DNA of 64,000 nt from Lingula anatina (Eukaryota > Animalia > Brachiopoda): NCBI GenBank assembly GCA_051362555.1, contig CM120642.1, positions 15,872,001 to 15,936,000 of the forward strand, given 5' to 3'. The notes below the pieces were generated by a model. That model made no database searches, was not told the DNA's origin, and saw nothing but the letters and a program-made list of their open reading frames with translations. Positions 51,053-64,000 of the stretch are shown here, one piece after another. A program made the position numbers and the translations under genes. Numbering within the stretch: the first letter of the stretch is position 1; the number at the start of each line of letters is the position of its first letter.

Positions 51053-51151
51053 CACTTTTAATGAGTTGCTAGATTGCCATTGGAAAATGAAATATTTCAA
51101 GATGCGTGAGCAGGACAGCAGGAATTGCTTGAAATATAAATTGTACATATT

Positions 51152-51319
51152 CAGGGGCGGACCCAGAGTTATTTCCTGACAGTCTTCCAAATTATCTTTG
51201 TTGATCCATCCTCCATTTTTGACCGTCTTCCGACAGAAATAATTAGATACCTGTCAATGTAAACTTTAAAATCTGACCGTCTTCCGGAAGACCCAGAAGA
51301 CGCCCTAAATCCGCCCCTG
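51152..51319 (+). mobile_element. 168-bp MITE with 5-bp TSD
   Basis: TIRs CAGGGGCGGA / TCCGCCCCTG, TSD ATATT; absent upstream of A and B. Confidence 0.9.
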
Positions 51320-51749
51320 ATATTCCATTTTTTCTTTTGGACTGTCAACGTCTCAAGGTTTGTGCTTGGGAAAGTCTTCAATTACTGCTAAAACTTTGAA
51401 TGCATGCAAGCTCGAAAATAACTATTGTGGAGTAGTTTTCATCCGTGAGAATGAATAATATGCCCTTCTATTCAGCAAAATAATTTGTTAATATGTGTTA
51501 AAGAATATCCTCTTGGGATGACTTCCAACGAAATTTTAGCAAAATTACGCTATTGTTTTATATTCTCGTGCATAACCCTGGCATACAAATGTACCAATTA
51601 ATATTGAACACTAAGTTACAGATATATTCAGAGAGGTCCGAGCGTACGCTAAACTTTCGTTAACATGTTTTGATTAATGAATATCTAAATTGATTTACCA
51701 GTCTTGGCATCATAATTCCATCAATTTTGGAAAAATTAGTCGTTCCGTG

Positions 51750-51950
51750 CCCATAGATGGAAAATATTAGTCTCAGCCGTTACCAGCCACCCATGAATAG
51801 GGACGGGGAGTGCTACCTTTTCTGATATTCATAAGGGGGGTCTTTCCGCTTTACAACTTAGCGGTCAGTTACAGCATCTACACAGTATGATGAAGGCCTA
51901 CGTGGTGGCCGTAAGTCAACGATATGAAAATATTTCATCCTATGTTTTAT
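51750..51950 (+). mobile_element. Penelope-like element 3' remnant
   Basis: QPPMNRDGECYL resembles the GIY-YIG C-terminal (L/M)NRDxG motif and is followed by a decayed hammerhead (ATGATGAAGGCC..GGCCGTAA). Confidence 0.55.
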
Positions 51951-52126
51951 AATTATCCTATATGATCCAAGTACCAAGATTATGAGCATTTTTCTCAACA
52001 GTTATTAGTGGAAACAAAAGAGTTGAAACAAGGTGAAAAATACATAGCTACTGGAAATTTATTTTAATTTAAGCTAAATCATTCTTACAATGCTTAAATG
52101 TTTTTTATGCCTCAAGCTAACATGGT

Positions 52127-52374
52127 CAAGGGCGGATCCAGGATTATTTGAAGAGGGGTCCGCGGATGCAAAGACGACCCCCCTTGGCTATGGGTTACAG
52201 GCCCGCTGAACGGCCAGGAAAATTTGTGGTATTTTAGAGGGTGAACAGTGCTATTTGGTATAGTTTAGAACTATGATTCAGCTGGTCAAAATTCTAATTT
52301 CTAGAGGGTACGGTTGGTGTGATTTTTTCAGAAATCGAAGGCGAAGTTTGGACCCTGCATGACCCCCGCCACTG
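52127..52374. mobile_element. 248-bp MITE with 5-bp TSD
   Basis: CAAGGGCGGATCCAG..CCCGCCACTG, TSD ATGGT; empty site GCTAGCATGTTGACC present in A (~15371) and B (~31565). Confidence 0.8.
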
Positions 52375-52554
52375 ATGGTGACATGAAAAATGTACGAACA
52401 TGTAATATTATTGTGGCACTTTTTAGCATCAATAATTATGAAATGGAGAAAGCAACTTACCTGCTAATAATCTTGGTATAAAACTGCAATTTCAAAAACG
52501 TTAAAATGCTTTAACTTCAAGGTGTAAAGGGATTTTACTCCCCTCCCCCCGATC

Positions 52555-52700
52555 CCTGTAAACTCCCTTCTCTTCAGGAGCGGAGAGAAGAACCGCGTTA
52601 AGTTTTCCTGTACAAAGTGGTTAAGAGGGCTGCTGCCGCCTGACTCGTATCTTCCTTAAATAAGAAACAGCGAGTAGTTGCCTAGGCATACATAAACCAG
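52555..52700 (+). mobile_element. CR1/L2-group LINE ORF2 3' fragment
   Basis: Translates as PSLQERREEPR*VFLYKVVK, resembling the L.sL..RR...L..lYK C-terminal motif of CR1-clade ORF2. Confidence 0.5.
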
Positions 52701-53049
52701 TATACTGACTCAGAATACACAAACATCTGTATATTGAATATCGTTGTGGAGCACATGTAAAAGAACATGCCTGCAGCGAGGAAGAATGAGCCGGTGTACA
52801 GTAGGCGTCTTATTACCCCTGGCACAACCTAAAATGCTTGTTTTAGGTGCTTTGTGCACGCGTGTTTAGACAGAAATGAACGATAGATCCAAGGGGATTT
52901 TCAGTTAGAGCAGTATGAAATGTGCTGATTTCAAAGCAGCAAAGTTGGTTTCAGCTCAAAAATGAATTAGCTCACAATACGAACGTATAGTTCAAATTCC
53001 ATCGAGGCGAAGGAAAACCCTTCATTCGTCATCGACGAGTGCGGCCTAT

Positions 53050-53910
53050 TTTCTTCAAACTTGCATGAATAATAAAGAGAGTGTTGCCTTCGAGCATCCT
53101 GTTATTTCTCTATATAAGGACTCTAATGATAGCCAATTTGTTAGATAAACTGAAACAAATTACACTGAATACCCTGAAAGGCGTTCTAATTGCACTTGTA
53201 AGAAGGAAAGCCTTTATTAGTTTTCGAAAATTTCACACAAATGGCGTTCCGCATTGCGTGCATACCAAAAAGGGGATTGTTTTCAGATCTTTGGCCTTTA
53301 TCTGACACTATTTATTTGCCGTTTATATATAATATTCGAACCTCAATTTTCCCAATGATATCCAATTTACAAAGCAAAATAGCATTAGATAGTTTTTAAT
53401 GAGTTTGAACTCCATCGGTGAAAAGGAAAACGCTTATTAGGGTTTTGGACGATTTTGCACAATTGACGTTATTAAGTTTGCAAAGGCGATTGTAAAGATA
53501 ATAGTAGCATAATAAAGAAAAAAATCGATATTTTTTATCACGAATTTTTGCTGCTTTTAAAAAGACGGGCTATTTCTGTGTTGGCATTTCAGCAACTTAA
53601 CGGATTTTTCTATAAAGCTATTACTTGGATATCTTAATGATTTGGTCTAATAATTGAAACAAAAGTTAAACTGTAAATTGATTTTTACACGTATTGGCAA
53701 CAATGTCGTGTCCTGTTAATGACTGCTCTAGTCTATGCTCTAGCCTTTGATTTTTATTCGTAACTAAGTTAATTTGACGCTGCAAGTCTTCAGGATCATA
53801 TATCTGTAAAGAGCTAGTTTACAGAAAGAAAATTTTACAGAGCGCTATTATCTCGACAATTTTGGAATATTGTAAGCCTCGGTGATAAAGAGGGAAATTA
53901 CTGAAGTATA
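53050..53910. repeat. Single diverged copy of the 1.2-kb repeat unit upstream of copy C
   Basis: AATTTCACACAAATGGCGTTCCGCATTGCGTGCA, ATGATATCCAATTTACAAAG and AAATTACTGAAGT appear in the same order as in the arrays. Confidence 0.8.
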
Positions 53911-55801
53911 CAGCAAAAAATGTTTGCTATGTATGAAGGCCTCACATGAATTGCTTGCCTGAAGGTTTCTAGACGAAATAATAGCATGGTACATATTCAC
54001 AATAAATCACAAATATTTCAATAAAAGTGCTTACATGTAATGAACGTGCAAATATAATGACATCATTGGTTGTATCGTCAGTGAATTATTTTAGATTTTA
54101 ACACTCGATCAGGAACACTTTCGCCTAGACTCCTAGTCTTTGCATTCACTCATTTTGATTATTTTATTTAATACTGCCATGTTTTATACAGGAAATAAAT
54201 GGCAAGCTAAAAGAACGTTTTGATGTCAAATAGAATTGTTTTGTGAAATATTTTCAACAAATAGTATAATACATTTATACATTTATAATACATATTTCAC
54301 AATATTACCTGTATGGATATTTTGAATAATGCAATGCTCATACGACAAACATCATGCAAACAGAAAAGAATCACCAATGAAAATGATAAAAGAGATACAA
54401 TCTATTGCGTGATAAGGCTTTGAGTCTTTTACAAGCTGTTATATGTTTAAAGAGGACGGAAGACCCCCCCCCCCCCACCAAAAAAAAAAAAAAAAAAAAA
54501 AAAAGAGTCTTGAAATTTAATACCTGTTGTCGCCTGCTCCTAATTCTCTGTCTTAATTTCTGCTTTCTGTCGCATGGGCAATAAATTCACCATAACAGGT
54601 TCACTGACGGTTCATACAAATACGTTATATAAATGGGGGAACACTATAAACTTTTATTTTTGTCCATAAACGTTGCAAAACAGGACTTCAACGGTCTTCT
54701 GTTATGTGTGAATCAAGGAGAGAGCAATAATATATGGCTTCTGCGGATTACCAGTGTAGAAGTCACCCGAGAAATATTGTTCCTAATTTAGCGCGTGGGT
54801 GCACGTCTTACAGAAATTACATTTGATAATTTTGATCAAGGACGGGATTAGCGATCAGATTCATTTGAAGAATCGTCAAAGTCAAATCTAAGCCAAAATT
54901 TGCGTTACAAGTACAAGTTGGATGTAAAATTATAGAGATCCTTGATATTTCTTGTTTTGAAGTTTTAGCTTCTTATCATAGTATTGTTTCTTTATTGGAA
55001 GACCATGTTGTAATGAAGATTACATTGTATAGTTTCGTATGTCTCATTCTTGTTTTTATAAAATGTTAAATTTCTTTGAGATTAATTACCTACTAACCTA
55101 ATTAGTTATTAAAATAATATTACTTTCTTTCTACATGTACATGTGTACGTGTGTATAAATGTAGTTTCTGATATTTCTGTTCTGTTTTATTAGTATTTTA
55201 CTACTATTTTATTCTTTTTTATTCATTTGTTGATTAAGTATTACTAAATAGGTCCCCATTATTATGTTGTGCTTCTTTAAAATCGCATTGTCTTACATAA
55301 TGGGAGCAGGGCCATTGCATTGTGCGGCGGTACAACTAGGAGTTCGCGTTGTTCAAATACACGCAGATTTAATGGTATTTTATTACATCACCTACATTGT
55401 AAATATATGAATACTGGATCGTTTCTTTGTACATGTCACATGTTTGTCACCAGCTCATGTCTCTTGGTGTAACTACATGTGTCGTACATGTGCATTCGGC
55501 TTTTTCAATTAGGGTAGAAATTAAAATAAATACTGCCTTTCATGAAGCAGGTAACGTTCTTACAAAACTGCGTAATAAGTTAACGACAATTAAGGATAAT
55601 AACTATCCCTCATTGTCGTTATTCATCTACGTTTATCGACGTCAATCTATTGATCATTACCATAATTGACGATGCTTACGACTACCAAAGAAGGATTTTG
55701 AGGGCAGTAACATATTTGAGCTATCAACCAATAGTCCTCATTCTGCGTGAATGTAGGGATGTCTATCAGGAATTTTATCAAGCCAGCAACAGAACACACT
55801 A

Positions 55802-55970
55802 CATGCCCGTAGCCGTGGGGAGGGTTCGGGGGCTCGAACGAACAACCCTTTTTGAGAGAAAAAGGTCCACTCTGGGTAAAATTTGACCTAGGTACATGGG
55901 AATTTTATGGTTAAAGGTCCACTTTTTCAGAAGTAAAACCTTCTCTTTGAAATTGCTGCCTACGGGCCTG
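55802..55970 (+). mobile_element. 169-bp MITE with 5-bp TSD (family of 25387-25553)
   Basis: CATGCCCGTAGCC..CTACGGGCCTG, TSD CACTA, shared interior AAAAAGGTCCACTCTGGGTAAAATTTGA. Confidence 0.9.
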
Positions 55971-56033
55971 CACTACTTCACATGCTCATGTACACTGGCC
56001 GATACCAATTAGAAAAAAACCCGGATTAAGTAA

Positions 56034-56317
56034 AGCTTCGGTCACAACCGGCCGTACGGGCTCTTACGGGCTGTTTGCGTCCAATTTTTGCGCAGAATCT
56101 CACGTCCCACGCAAGACAAACGTAAGATTTGAGTACAATTTCCACGGCCATCGTTCCTTGCAATTAGCACCCCTGCTTGAAAGGAAATCTCATGTGGCCC
56201 TTGCTACTCGCAAGGCAGACTTCCCTTTACCTCTACGACCTCCACGGCCTTCGCAACAACCAAAAATCGCAGGGGACGTACGATCCTGAAATTCGTGCGT
56301 CCGGTTGTGACCGAGCT
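56034..56317. mobile_element. PIF/Harbinger-type MITE
   Basis: TIRs AGCTTCGGTCACAACCGG / CCGGTTGTGACCGAGCT flanked by TAA and TTA. Confidence 0.75.
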
Positions 56318-59300
56318 TTAAGGCGGCGTTTGTGTGCGGATACCATTTCCTCTCATAATTACCATAATGTGAATATTTATGTCACAGGCAAGATTCTAAA
56401 TTAATTTAAAATCCACCTAGGCGAGATTGAAATTTCAATCTTGTCTAGGCGGGTTCTAAATCAGCATAGGCCAGATTGAAATCCCAAGTCACAGACATTT
56501 TTGAATTATGATTATATTAATTACATCCCTGGTGAAGCCTTCTGATTACACAATATATAATTAAGAACACCTGAAATTAACGTGCATAACTTGCGTTCGG
56601 TAGATTACGAAACAAGTATTTTCATACTCACAAAAAAAAAAGATCAAATTCACTGTCAGCAAGTATAGGTTAATACATTCATTAGTTCAGTAAGAAGGAA
56701 GAAGATGAAGCCTTTTTTTGAACAACTAGGCATTGATACATGTAAATCCTCTTGTATAACAACTAGACATTGCGTAACTTCACTTAAAAGGTTTCCAATC
56801 GTCCTATACTGTTCCTATGAATTTTCGTCAAAACCTCTAAACAACGCCTGGGTGATTGGTTGTCTTTAAACATCCGTTGCACTGGGTGTTTTTGTATAAC
56901 ACATTTAAATGGATAAATAGGTCAATTAACTACTAAAAAAATTAAGAAGCTGCAGTTTTGAAGCTTTTTTCTTTTGGCTGAACAAACGTGAGATTAATTT
57001 TGTTTATAATTTGACACGTCGGCTTTAGTTTAGAGTATTAGAAATTAGCAAAGATGGTTTATGCAGTACTCGTTACTGGAAATGCACGCTTGCTTTATAT
57101 ATAACTTTATTGGAGGGGGGGGGAGGATAAATTGTAAAATTCCCCCACTTACCAAACAAATACTCAGTGCATTTTATCCATTTGCAAAAGACAACGAAAA
57201 TACAAAAAAAAAATGTGCTTAAAATGTCTGATTTCTTCATAATTTGGGTCGATAGCGCTCGTTCGCCATTGTATTAATTTTGTCTGACCTCAATTAAATC
57301 TCTAATGTCTCAATTTAATCACTGGACAACTGACATTGCAAAGATTGCATGGACGCACCCCGTAACACTTGTTAATCCATGGGGCTATTGTTTGAAACAA
57401 ACTATAAATTTAAAAAAACACACCCGAACATCGACCAAGCGAAATGAAGGCCAATAAATCCACGCCGTGTGACCCGTGCTACAGCTTCGTCCAACAATTC
57501 GGATAATAGACGTTTATCCCCCAATTTAATTTGATAGGATATGAAAACATTACGCACGCAAGCGTATTTGCACACAATATTGCATGACACACCTTACAGG
57601 ACGAACCGTATTTTGAATCCCTTCACATGAACTGGTTGAATACAATGCACTACTTCGGTGGCACAGTTGTTTTTATTATCCTTTCAAAATTTAACGCTTG
57701 CCTTTTTATACCCCCTGTAAGTATGACGGGGCTTCAGAGCAATTTCTTGCTCGGATCGAGGTTTCGTGTATCCATTTGCTTTAGACTAAATTGATATCTA
57801 GTTATTGCAATGACAAATTTCCGAAGAATGCAAGATGGCAGCTCGGTACATGCTATTCGTCTTTCTACTGCTTATATTAATAATGATTACGGTGTATTAC
57901 TGGCCGCCGAGTTGTGACGATAACTCCAAGCCATTTTCTAACATGCGACGGAAAAGGCCGATTTGAAAACGACTGAGGCTACACCACCCCGACATATGGC
58001 ATACTTCACCTACTGATGTAAAAACTGCATATTTTCCTGCATTTGAAAATTTAAAGAAATTTTAAAGAAAGACTTATTTTCTAAATCAGTTAATAGTAAT
58101 TGGTACCGTAAATGTTCGTTGCTTTATGTCTTCCATCGTCTTAACTTAATCATAATTATTTCGTCTTTAGGCTCATAATTTAAACATACTTTTATTAAGC
58201 AATTAGCAACTTTATCTTTTAATCTGTAACGCGCGCTGAGATTTTCATAGCGTGCCCTTTCTAACAGTAAATTATTATCATTATCACTTAATACTGTGCC
58301 ACTTATACTGTGAGCTACACGATTGCAGTAGATGTCCCTTACGCTTTAATACATGGATATGCGTGCGACAAATGCGCAAGCTCTTGGTACAATGCGTTAG
58401 CTGTACCTGATCCGTTTACATATCTGGCACAATTATTTTGGATAAGCTTGTTATTTTCGTTTTCATTTGCAATGGATTTCAATTATAGCATTACGATATA
58501 CATGTTTTGGTCGGAAAAAAAAAGTAAAGGTGCCTGCATGTGAAATTGACTGGCCTTTACCCGGATATCTACTCAAGTGCGGATCTACAATATCGATTTA
58601 TTTCCCATATAGACTTCATTTAAATTTGTTTTTTTCTTTTTTTTTCAATGGTCCAGTAGAGATATGTCATACTGAATGAATTGGGGATGTGGTGCAAATG
58701 TCGCATTTTTTAATAGATGAAATATCAGAACCAGGATGATATGTGCTTAAAATAAATGTTGATAGTAATGAAGGTCCATAGCATTAGGCTGTCGGCTATT
58801 TGTTTCAATTACCGAATCATTACTACTGTGTGCAATATGTTGGTAAAGGGCAGCATAAAAACGTTAGTTGGCACTTCAGGCTGACGAGTTCCTGGTTATA
58901 CTTACATGCCAGATATATGTCAGTCTTCATTAATAGTCAGATAATATGAGTGTCTTCATTTACATGCCAAATTTATGCCAGTCTTCCACTGAGATCGAGT
59001 TTGAAGGGAAGAAACTCCTAAAACGGTTTAGTACAGTCATTGTATAAAATATGTTTATGGCCAACGGTAGGTCCCTCCCTTGTCCTCAAAACATTGATAT
59101 CGACTTACTGAATTACAGCGGTGCGAAGTGCTTGGCGGCATGTCGTGAACACTCCAGGATAGATTGCATTCGGATATTATATGGACATCCTATTAGCTTT
59201 TTTTCTGATAATCAACGCTTCAATTTTAATTTATAGTAACTATCTGAACTATGAAGTGTTCCCAGAGACCTGGATGTTGTTTTAAATGGTAATTCTAAAT

Positions 59301-60714
59301 AAGGAAGTGTTTAACTAATATATATATATATTTTGGAAAGAAAAAAATAAGATAGAGGCCGACGAAAAACATTTATCAGGACATTGAGTCTATCTGTCTG
59401 TTTCTGTGTTTCATTTGCCTATATTTCATACTATTGTCCACGGGTTAAGAGTGGTTGTGGAGACGATGTCTCTATGATCGATGGAGCATCCGATACATCG
59501 GAAATCTTAGATACAGCCCATAGGAGCAGCTTTATTTCACCGACTCTGTTAAGATTTCTTATTCACAACGCACTGAAATCGTCACGAAGTTAAGTACAAG
59601 TACTTTCGATGTAGATATGACTGAATGTCTCAAGTTTCTGTGTGACACCGTCTTTCGGTGTGTATGTATGCGTTCGCACGCGTGCATTTTCTTTAGCGTA
59701 AGAATGAGAGGAACAATAAAGCAGGAAAAATACATGTACAGCACCCAGATGAGCAATTCTATATTAACACGCCTTTTATATAATCTGAATAACAGTCAGC
59801 TGATGATTCGTACGTATGTCATGAATTATTTTAGTTATGTACGTGATTTGGTTCTTAATACTTGGTTTAAAGGTACAGTGTTTGGCTCACCGTGTTGACG
59901 AAAACTTTATCTTTGCAGTCAAGGTTTGCACCCAAGCCTCTCTTCGTAAAAAGAACATGACGCTTCATCTGTGATTCTCGATACACTGTGATTGTCCACC
60001 CACCCACCCCAAACTACACACAATTACCCCTGTTACTTTACAAGACAACAAACCAAGACCGAACCATTACTATATCAATACTTCGTCGAGTCTTAATTTG
60101 CTCACTTCAATAAACCAACAACGCGTAACAATCGCGTACCCACGTCGCCCCGCAAAGCACATACTAGTAAGCACTGCATGTACGTCTATATTTTTTTCAC
60201 CAGTTACCCAATATTGATTAAATAGCAGAACCTGTTGTAGCTCAGTAGGTACGTCTGTGTGCCCGCATCACGCGCGCAGTACTTCCAGTTGTTTTAAACC
60301 GCAGACGCTAAAGGATAGACCGGTTATGCCGTTAATCATAGCCAAGTGCCTTGCAGCATCAGGTGACAGGGACGTTAATGTTACATGTAGCTGGTAAGTG
60401 AAAGAGGACAGCGTGAGCTCAGTGGAAGAGAGGGCGGCCCATGCATACGTTCACCTTCGCCACCACTCTGGACATCAAAGCGACACTGTCGTAACTGTTA
60501 GTATTAGTTCACCCGAGGAATGTGCTGACATCGTATCAGTTGCTGACCGACTTAGCTGTGACCATTAGCTGCCCAGATGTAGGGCCGTATTTATCTCGTG
60601 GCGCGAACTGTTTGTGTGCTTTATTGTGGTCCCCTATAGTGCACCTTGTGATACACAGCGTATGAGCTGGCAGCAACGCCGTGCATTTCTGCTTAATATT
60701 TGTGATATAAAGTC

Positions 60715-61396
60715 ATGGCAGCGTTGTTTAGGCGACTATTTAACAGGGTGAACGACTCAGATGGAGAACAGAACGGCACACCAGTTGATTCAATGTCAGA
60801 TTCCGTTGGCGGGGCGTCCCCAGAGAAGAAAAGGAAGTCGAATAAGAAAAGTAAAGACCTGTCGAAAAAGAAAGCGGCAAAACAAGCGAAGACATCTCAA
60901 TTAGGTCATAATGAGGATGACGCGCAAGGGAGGTCAATCAAAAGCGGGGAGGATGGCCATTCTCATGCACATGAAGGAGAGATGGCGGACACCTCGGGAA
61001 GTAATGGCAGTCCTCCCAAGAGGAGTAGGTCTAAAAAAATGGCTCCAGGGGGGTGGTTCAAAAAGATAGCAGAGACATTTCACAATGTGGACTTTGAGAA
61101 CTGCGAGCCAGAGATCTGCGTGAGCCTCTTGCGGATCCCGTCAATGCAAACTTATTCTGCCTTGAAGAAAAAATTAAAAAATGCCACGCTGGATTGGGTG
61201 CAGGGGTTCCTGGATAACGACGGCCTGGAGGTGCTTCTGGACTGCGTTGATTCTATTGGCAACCGGAGAGTGACCCAGCTGGCGGACGCCCTCATGTTAC
61301 TGGAGTGTGTGGCCTGCATCAAGGCTGTTATGAACTCCAAGCGTGGACTGGATTACATTGTTAAACACAAGGAACACACGCGGAAGCTCGTGAAAG
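60715..61396 (+). CDS. INF2: Inverted formin-2-like protein, first coding exon (start of GBD/FH3-DID region); no later exon recognised inside the window
   Basis: FENCEPEICVSLLRIPSMQTYSALKKKL..WVQGFLDNDGLEVLL..DALMLLECVACIKAVMNSKRGLDYI matches my recollection of the vertebrate INF2 N-terminus; donor AAAG|GTACGT at 61396; ATG in GTCATGG context. Confidence 0.88.
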
Positions 61397-64000
61397 GTAC
61401 GTCCTTAGTGCACGACCCATTGGTCGTATCGATTTATTTGGTTTCCTTTTTTCAATGACCTTATTCCGGTGTAATTGAATTCATCAATCACAAAACCACA
61501 CTGGACTGGGATTCCTTTTTATTTTCTGGGGAAGGGGGGTCTTTACTTTCAATGAAATACCCGTTAAGGTCCCTAATCCAGAAACGGAAAATTTTTTCAA
61601 CACATCACCAGCTCTTTTTTAACATGCAATATGCGAGACGCACCTTTCCTGATTGCATGGATTCAGGAATAAAATCCAAAACAAACTTGCATGCATGCAT
61701 GAATGTGAAAAACCAAAATAAATGGCATTTTTTTACTGTTTGTCTCCTCCACAACACCTACACCTGGCATTTCGATGAATAGGTAGATATTATATACATC
61801 CTGTTGATTACTCAGTTGATCTATAAATGTAGGCAGGTAAGCCGTGTTTGATTTACACACAAAACTAAAGGAGACACCGAGACTGCATGAGTGGTGTAAA
61901 TGTAGCGCTATTTTTCGTTAATACAAAGGCACTTACATTACAATACATACGTGCTATTTATCTCTTTTCCATCAACTTAAACCCGGGTATGCCTAAGGCA
62001 GAAACATACGAGATACATGCTGTGACCTTACAACATTATTTTCGATTGGCGAAGCGCTTTGTTTGTGGCTCAGTATATGCCTCGGTATTCGTGTAACAAA
62101 CCGGTTCTCGTTCATTCTCAGCCCCGGCATTTTTTTATCAATTGATTTTAAGGCGACAGGTCATATTACTTTGAGGAATTTCCCTAAGGTCGTCATCACT
62201 GGTCTAGTACTAGCATTTACATTGTACCAACCAAGCATATACTTACCGCCACTCTGCATTGAGAGTAGGGAGAAGAAAGCACTGTCAAAAAATGCATTAA
62301 AAAGACAATATTTTTGAACTAGGTTTAATCCAGGTTAACAGTTACACATTCTGTGTATTTTTTTAACAATCAAAAATTGTTTAATAAGGTGACTTCATAA
62401 CTACTGGTGTGACGTTTATTCGTGCCATTTTAAAAAGCCGTTTAGAAAGAAAATAGGAAGAATCAAGACACAGAGGTCAAAAGAAATCATAACACCCCAG
62501 GACCAATGGATTGTCACCTTAATACTGACAATGACGATGATATACGATTAGTAAACTGAATGGGTTCACTGCATTCATTCCTCGCATATTTTTACTGTCA
62601 CGGATGTACAGGTATATATATCTATTCGATAAGCAACGGAAGATACAATGCATGCACTGGGGTTACGTGCGTTGGCGTTAATGCTATTTTCCCTCTGAAT
62701 AATAACTTTAGGAATGTCATCGAATGGCTATAAATAAATTGTTTTGGCTGTTTGATAAGTGATAGAATATACACTTGGAGGGGGCGGGGTCGTGTGTGGC
62801 TTCAATCGACAGAATTCCCGCTAAAAAGTTTCTGTGCTTCTAACTTGGGTGATATTGATTGTCCTCCTTAATCTGTGCCACCAAAACTGTGTTAATATTG
62901 ACAAATTAATAGCCAATACATCTCCCCGACCCGATGTTGTCATAATGGACACACTTCTGTGTCGGTAAATAGGTCACTTTGTGTGGCCGTCACAACGGAC
63001 AGTGGTCCGTTATATGACAACATAAGTCACCGTACACTGAAAACCGAGATACCGTGTCACGGAGTTTATAGAGTTACATCAACTGTGTAAAGAAGGCTAT
63101 CTTTGCGTTACGTACACGCTGCACCTTCTGTAGTCGGATTAAACAGATAAGGTGTGGTTCCGGGCTTACCGCTACTTGTTGTTTAGACATGAAGTAGGGC
63201 CCACTCTTCCTTGTTCGGTTTTAAACAGGCATTGTTTTCGTGTTTGTTTCGATTTACAATATATATACTAAGTATTCAGTTTTTATTTGATTTAATATGT
63301 CTCAATCCATCATTCGATGTGTTCGAATGACTGCATTTTGCTATTGAAATTCACTGGGTCCATCCTTCTGTGTATAGGCGTGCAGCCAATGCTAGATTAT
63401 TTGAGTAAGTCTTTGATAAATGTGGCACATACTCATAGAAGCAATATCAGTTATATTTCTCTCCTGAGTGAAGTGCTTCTGAGTGAAACTTATTCTTCTT
63501 CTTTCCCCACAGCTCTGCAGGTTTATTTAATCTTATTATAAAGCGTTGGAGGCAATCATCAAAACAGGAATAAAACCCAAGAGTGCTCGAAGGCATTTCA
63601 TAGTTCATTTAACTCAAAAATGGCTCTTACATAAATTACACAATACCAGATTATAAATCATTCGGAAAAGGCGGAAAGTCGTATTGTCACTTGTGTTCGT
63701 TTTATTGCAGTATGTTGGTTGGAAGTGGTTTCGGCTTTAATTTCCGAACGCCCGGTGTTAATGCAGATTTCGCATGAGACTCGGGAGGAATCACTTATAA
63801 CACTAGTGCCTGGATAGAAATAATTGTATAGCACATATTTATGGTTGTTTAAGCTTTCACGCGAGTGTGTATCAGTACATCTAAGCGTTGTATGAGGCTG
63901 CACGTGTCCCTTACTGATGTCAAACTGATGTACATGTACATGTTGTAGCTCGCTCCACTATACTGTATATAACAACAATTTGTCGTTTCGGTGAAATGGT

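Noticed and set aside
54300-60700. Numerous 60-95-aa ORFs between copy C and INF2, and after 61500
   Set aside because: Composition typical of random AT-rich DNA with no recognisable domains; I could not identify a second INF2 exon inside the window.

Overview
AT-rich, intron-containing animal genomic DNA, probably a lophotrochozoan such as a mollusc (inferred from gene and repeat types). The main content is three tandem minus-strand paralogues (A 10039-14428, B 21893-30629, C 44670-50692). Each splices from three exons into an intact ~975-aa protein: signal peptide, somatomedin-B-like/Cys-rich ectodomain, then a divergent class-B (Methuselah/adhesion-like) 7TM domain with no GPS motif. Copy B looks like an unequal-crossover product of A and C. 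The ectodomains carry hypervariable patches, and A and B have lost the conserved TM3 cysteine that C keeps. The first coding exon of an INF2-like formin lies at 60715-61396 (+). The remainder is a ~1.2-kb tandem repeat upstream of each receptor copy, an old ~333-bp repeat, many non-autonomous DNA transposons, and decayed Tc1, Gypsy, CR1 and Penelope fragments. An intact minimal hammerhead ribozyme sits in intron 2 of copy A. All alignments and counts were done by eye and no database searches were run.
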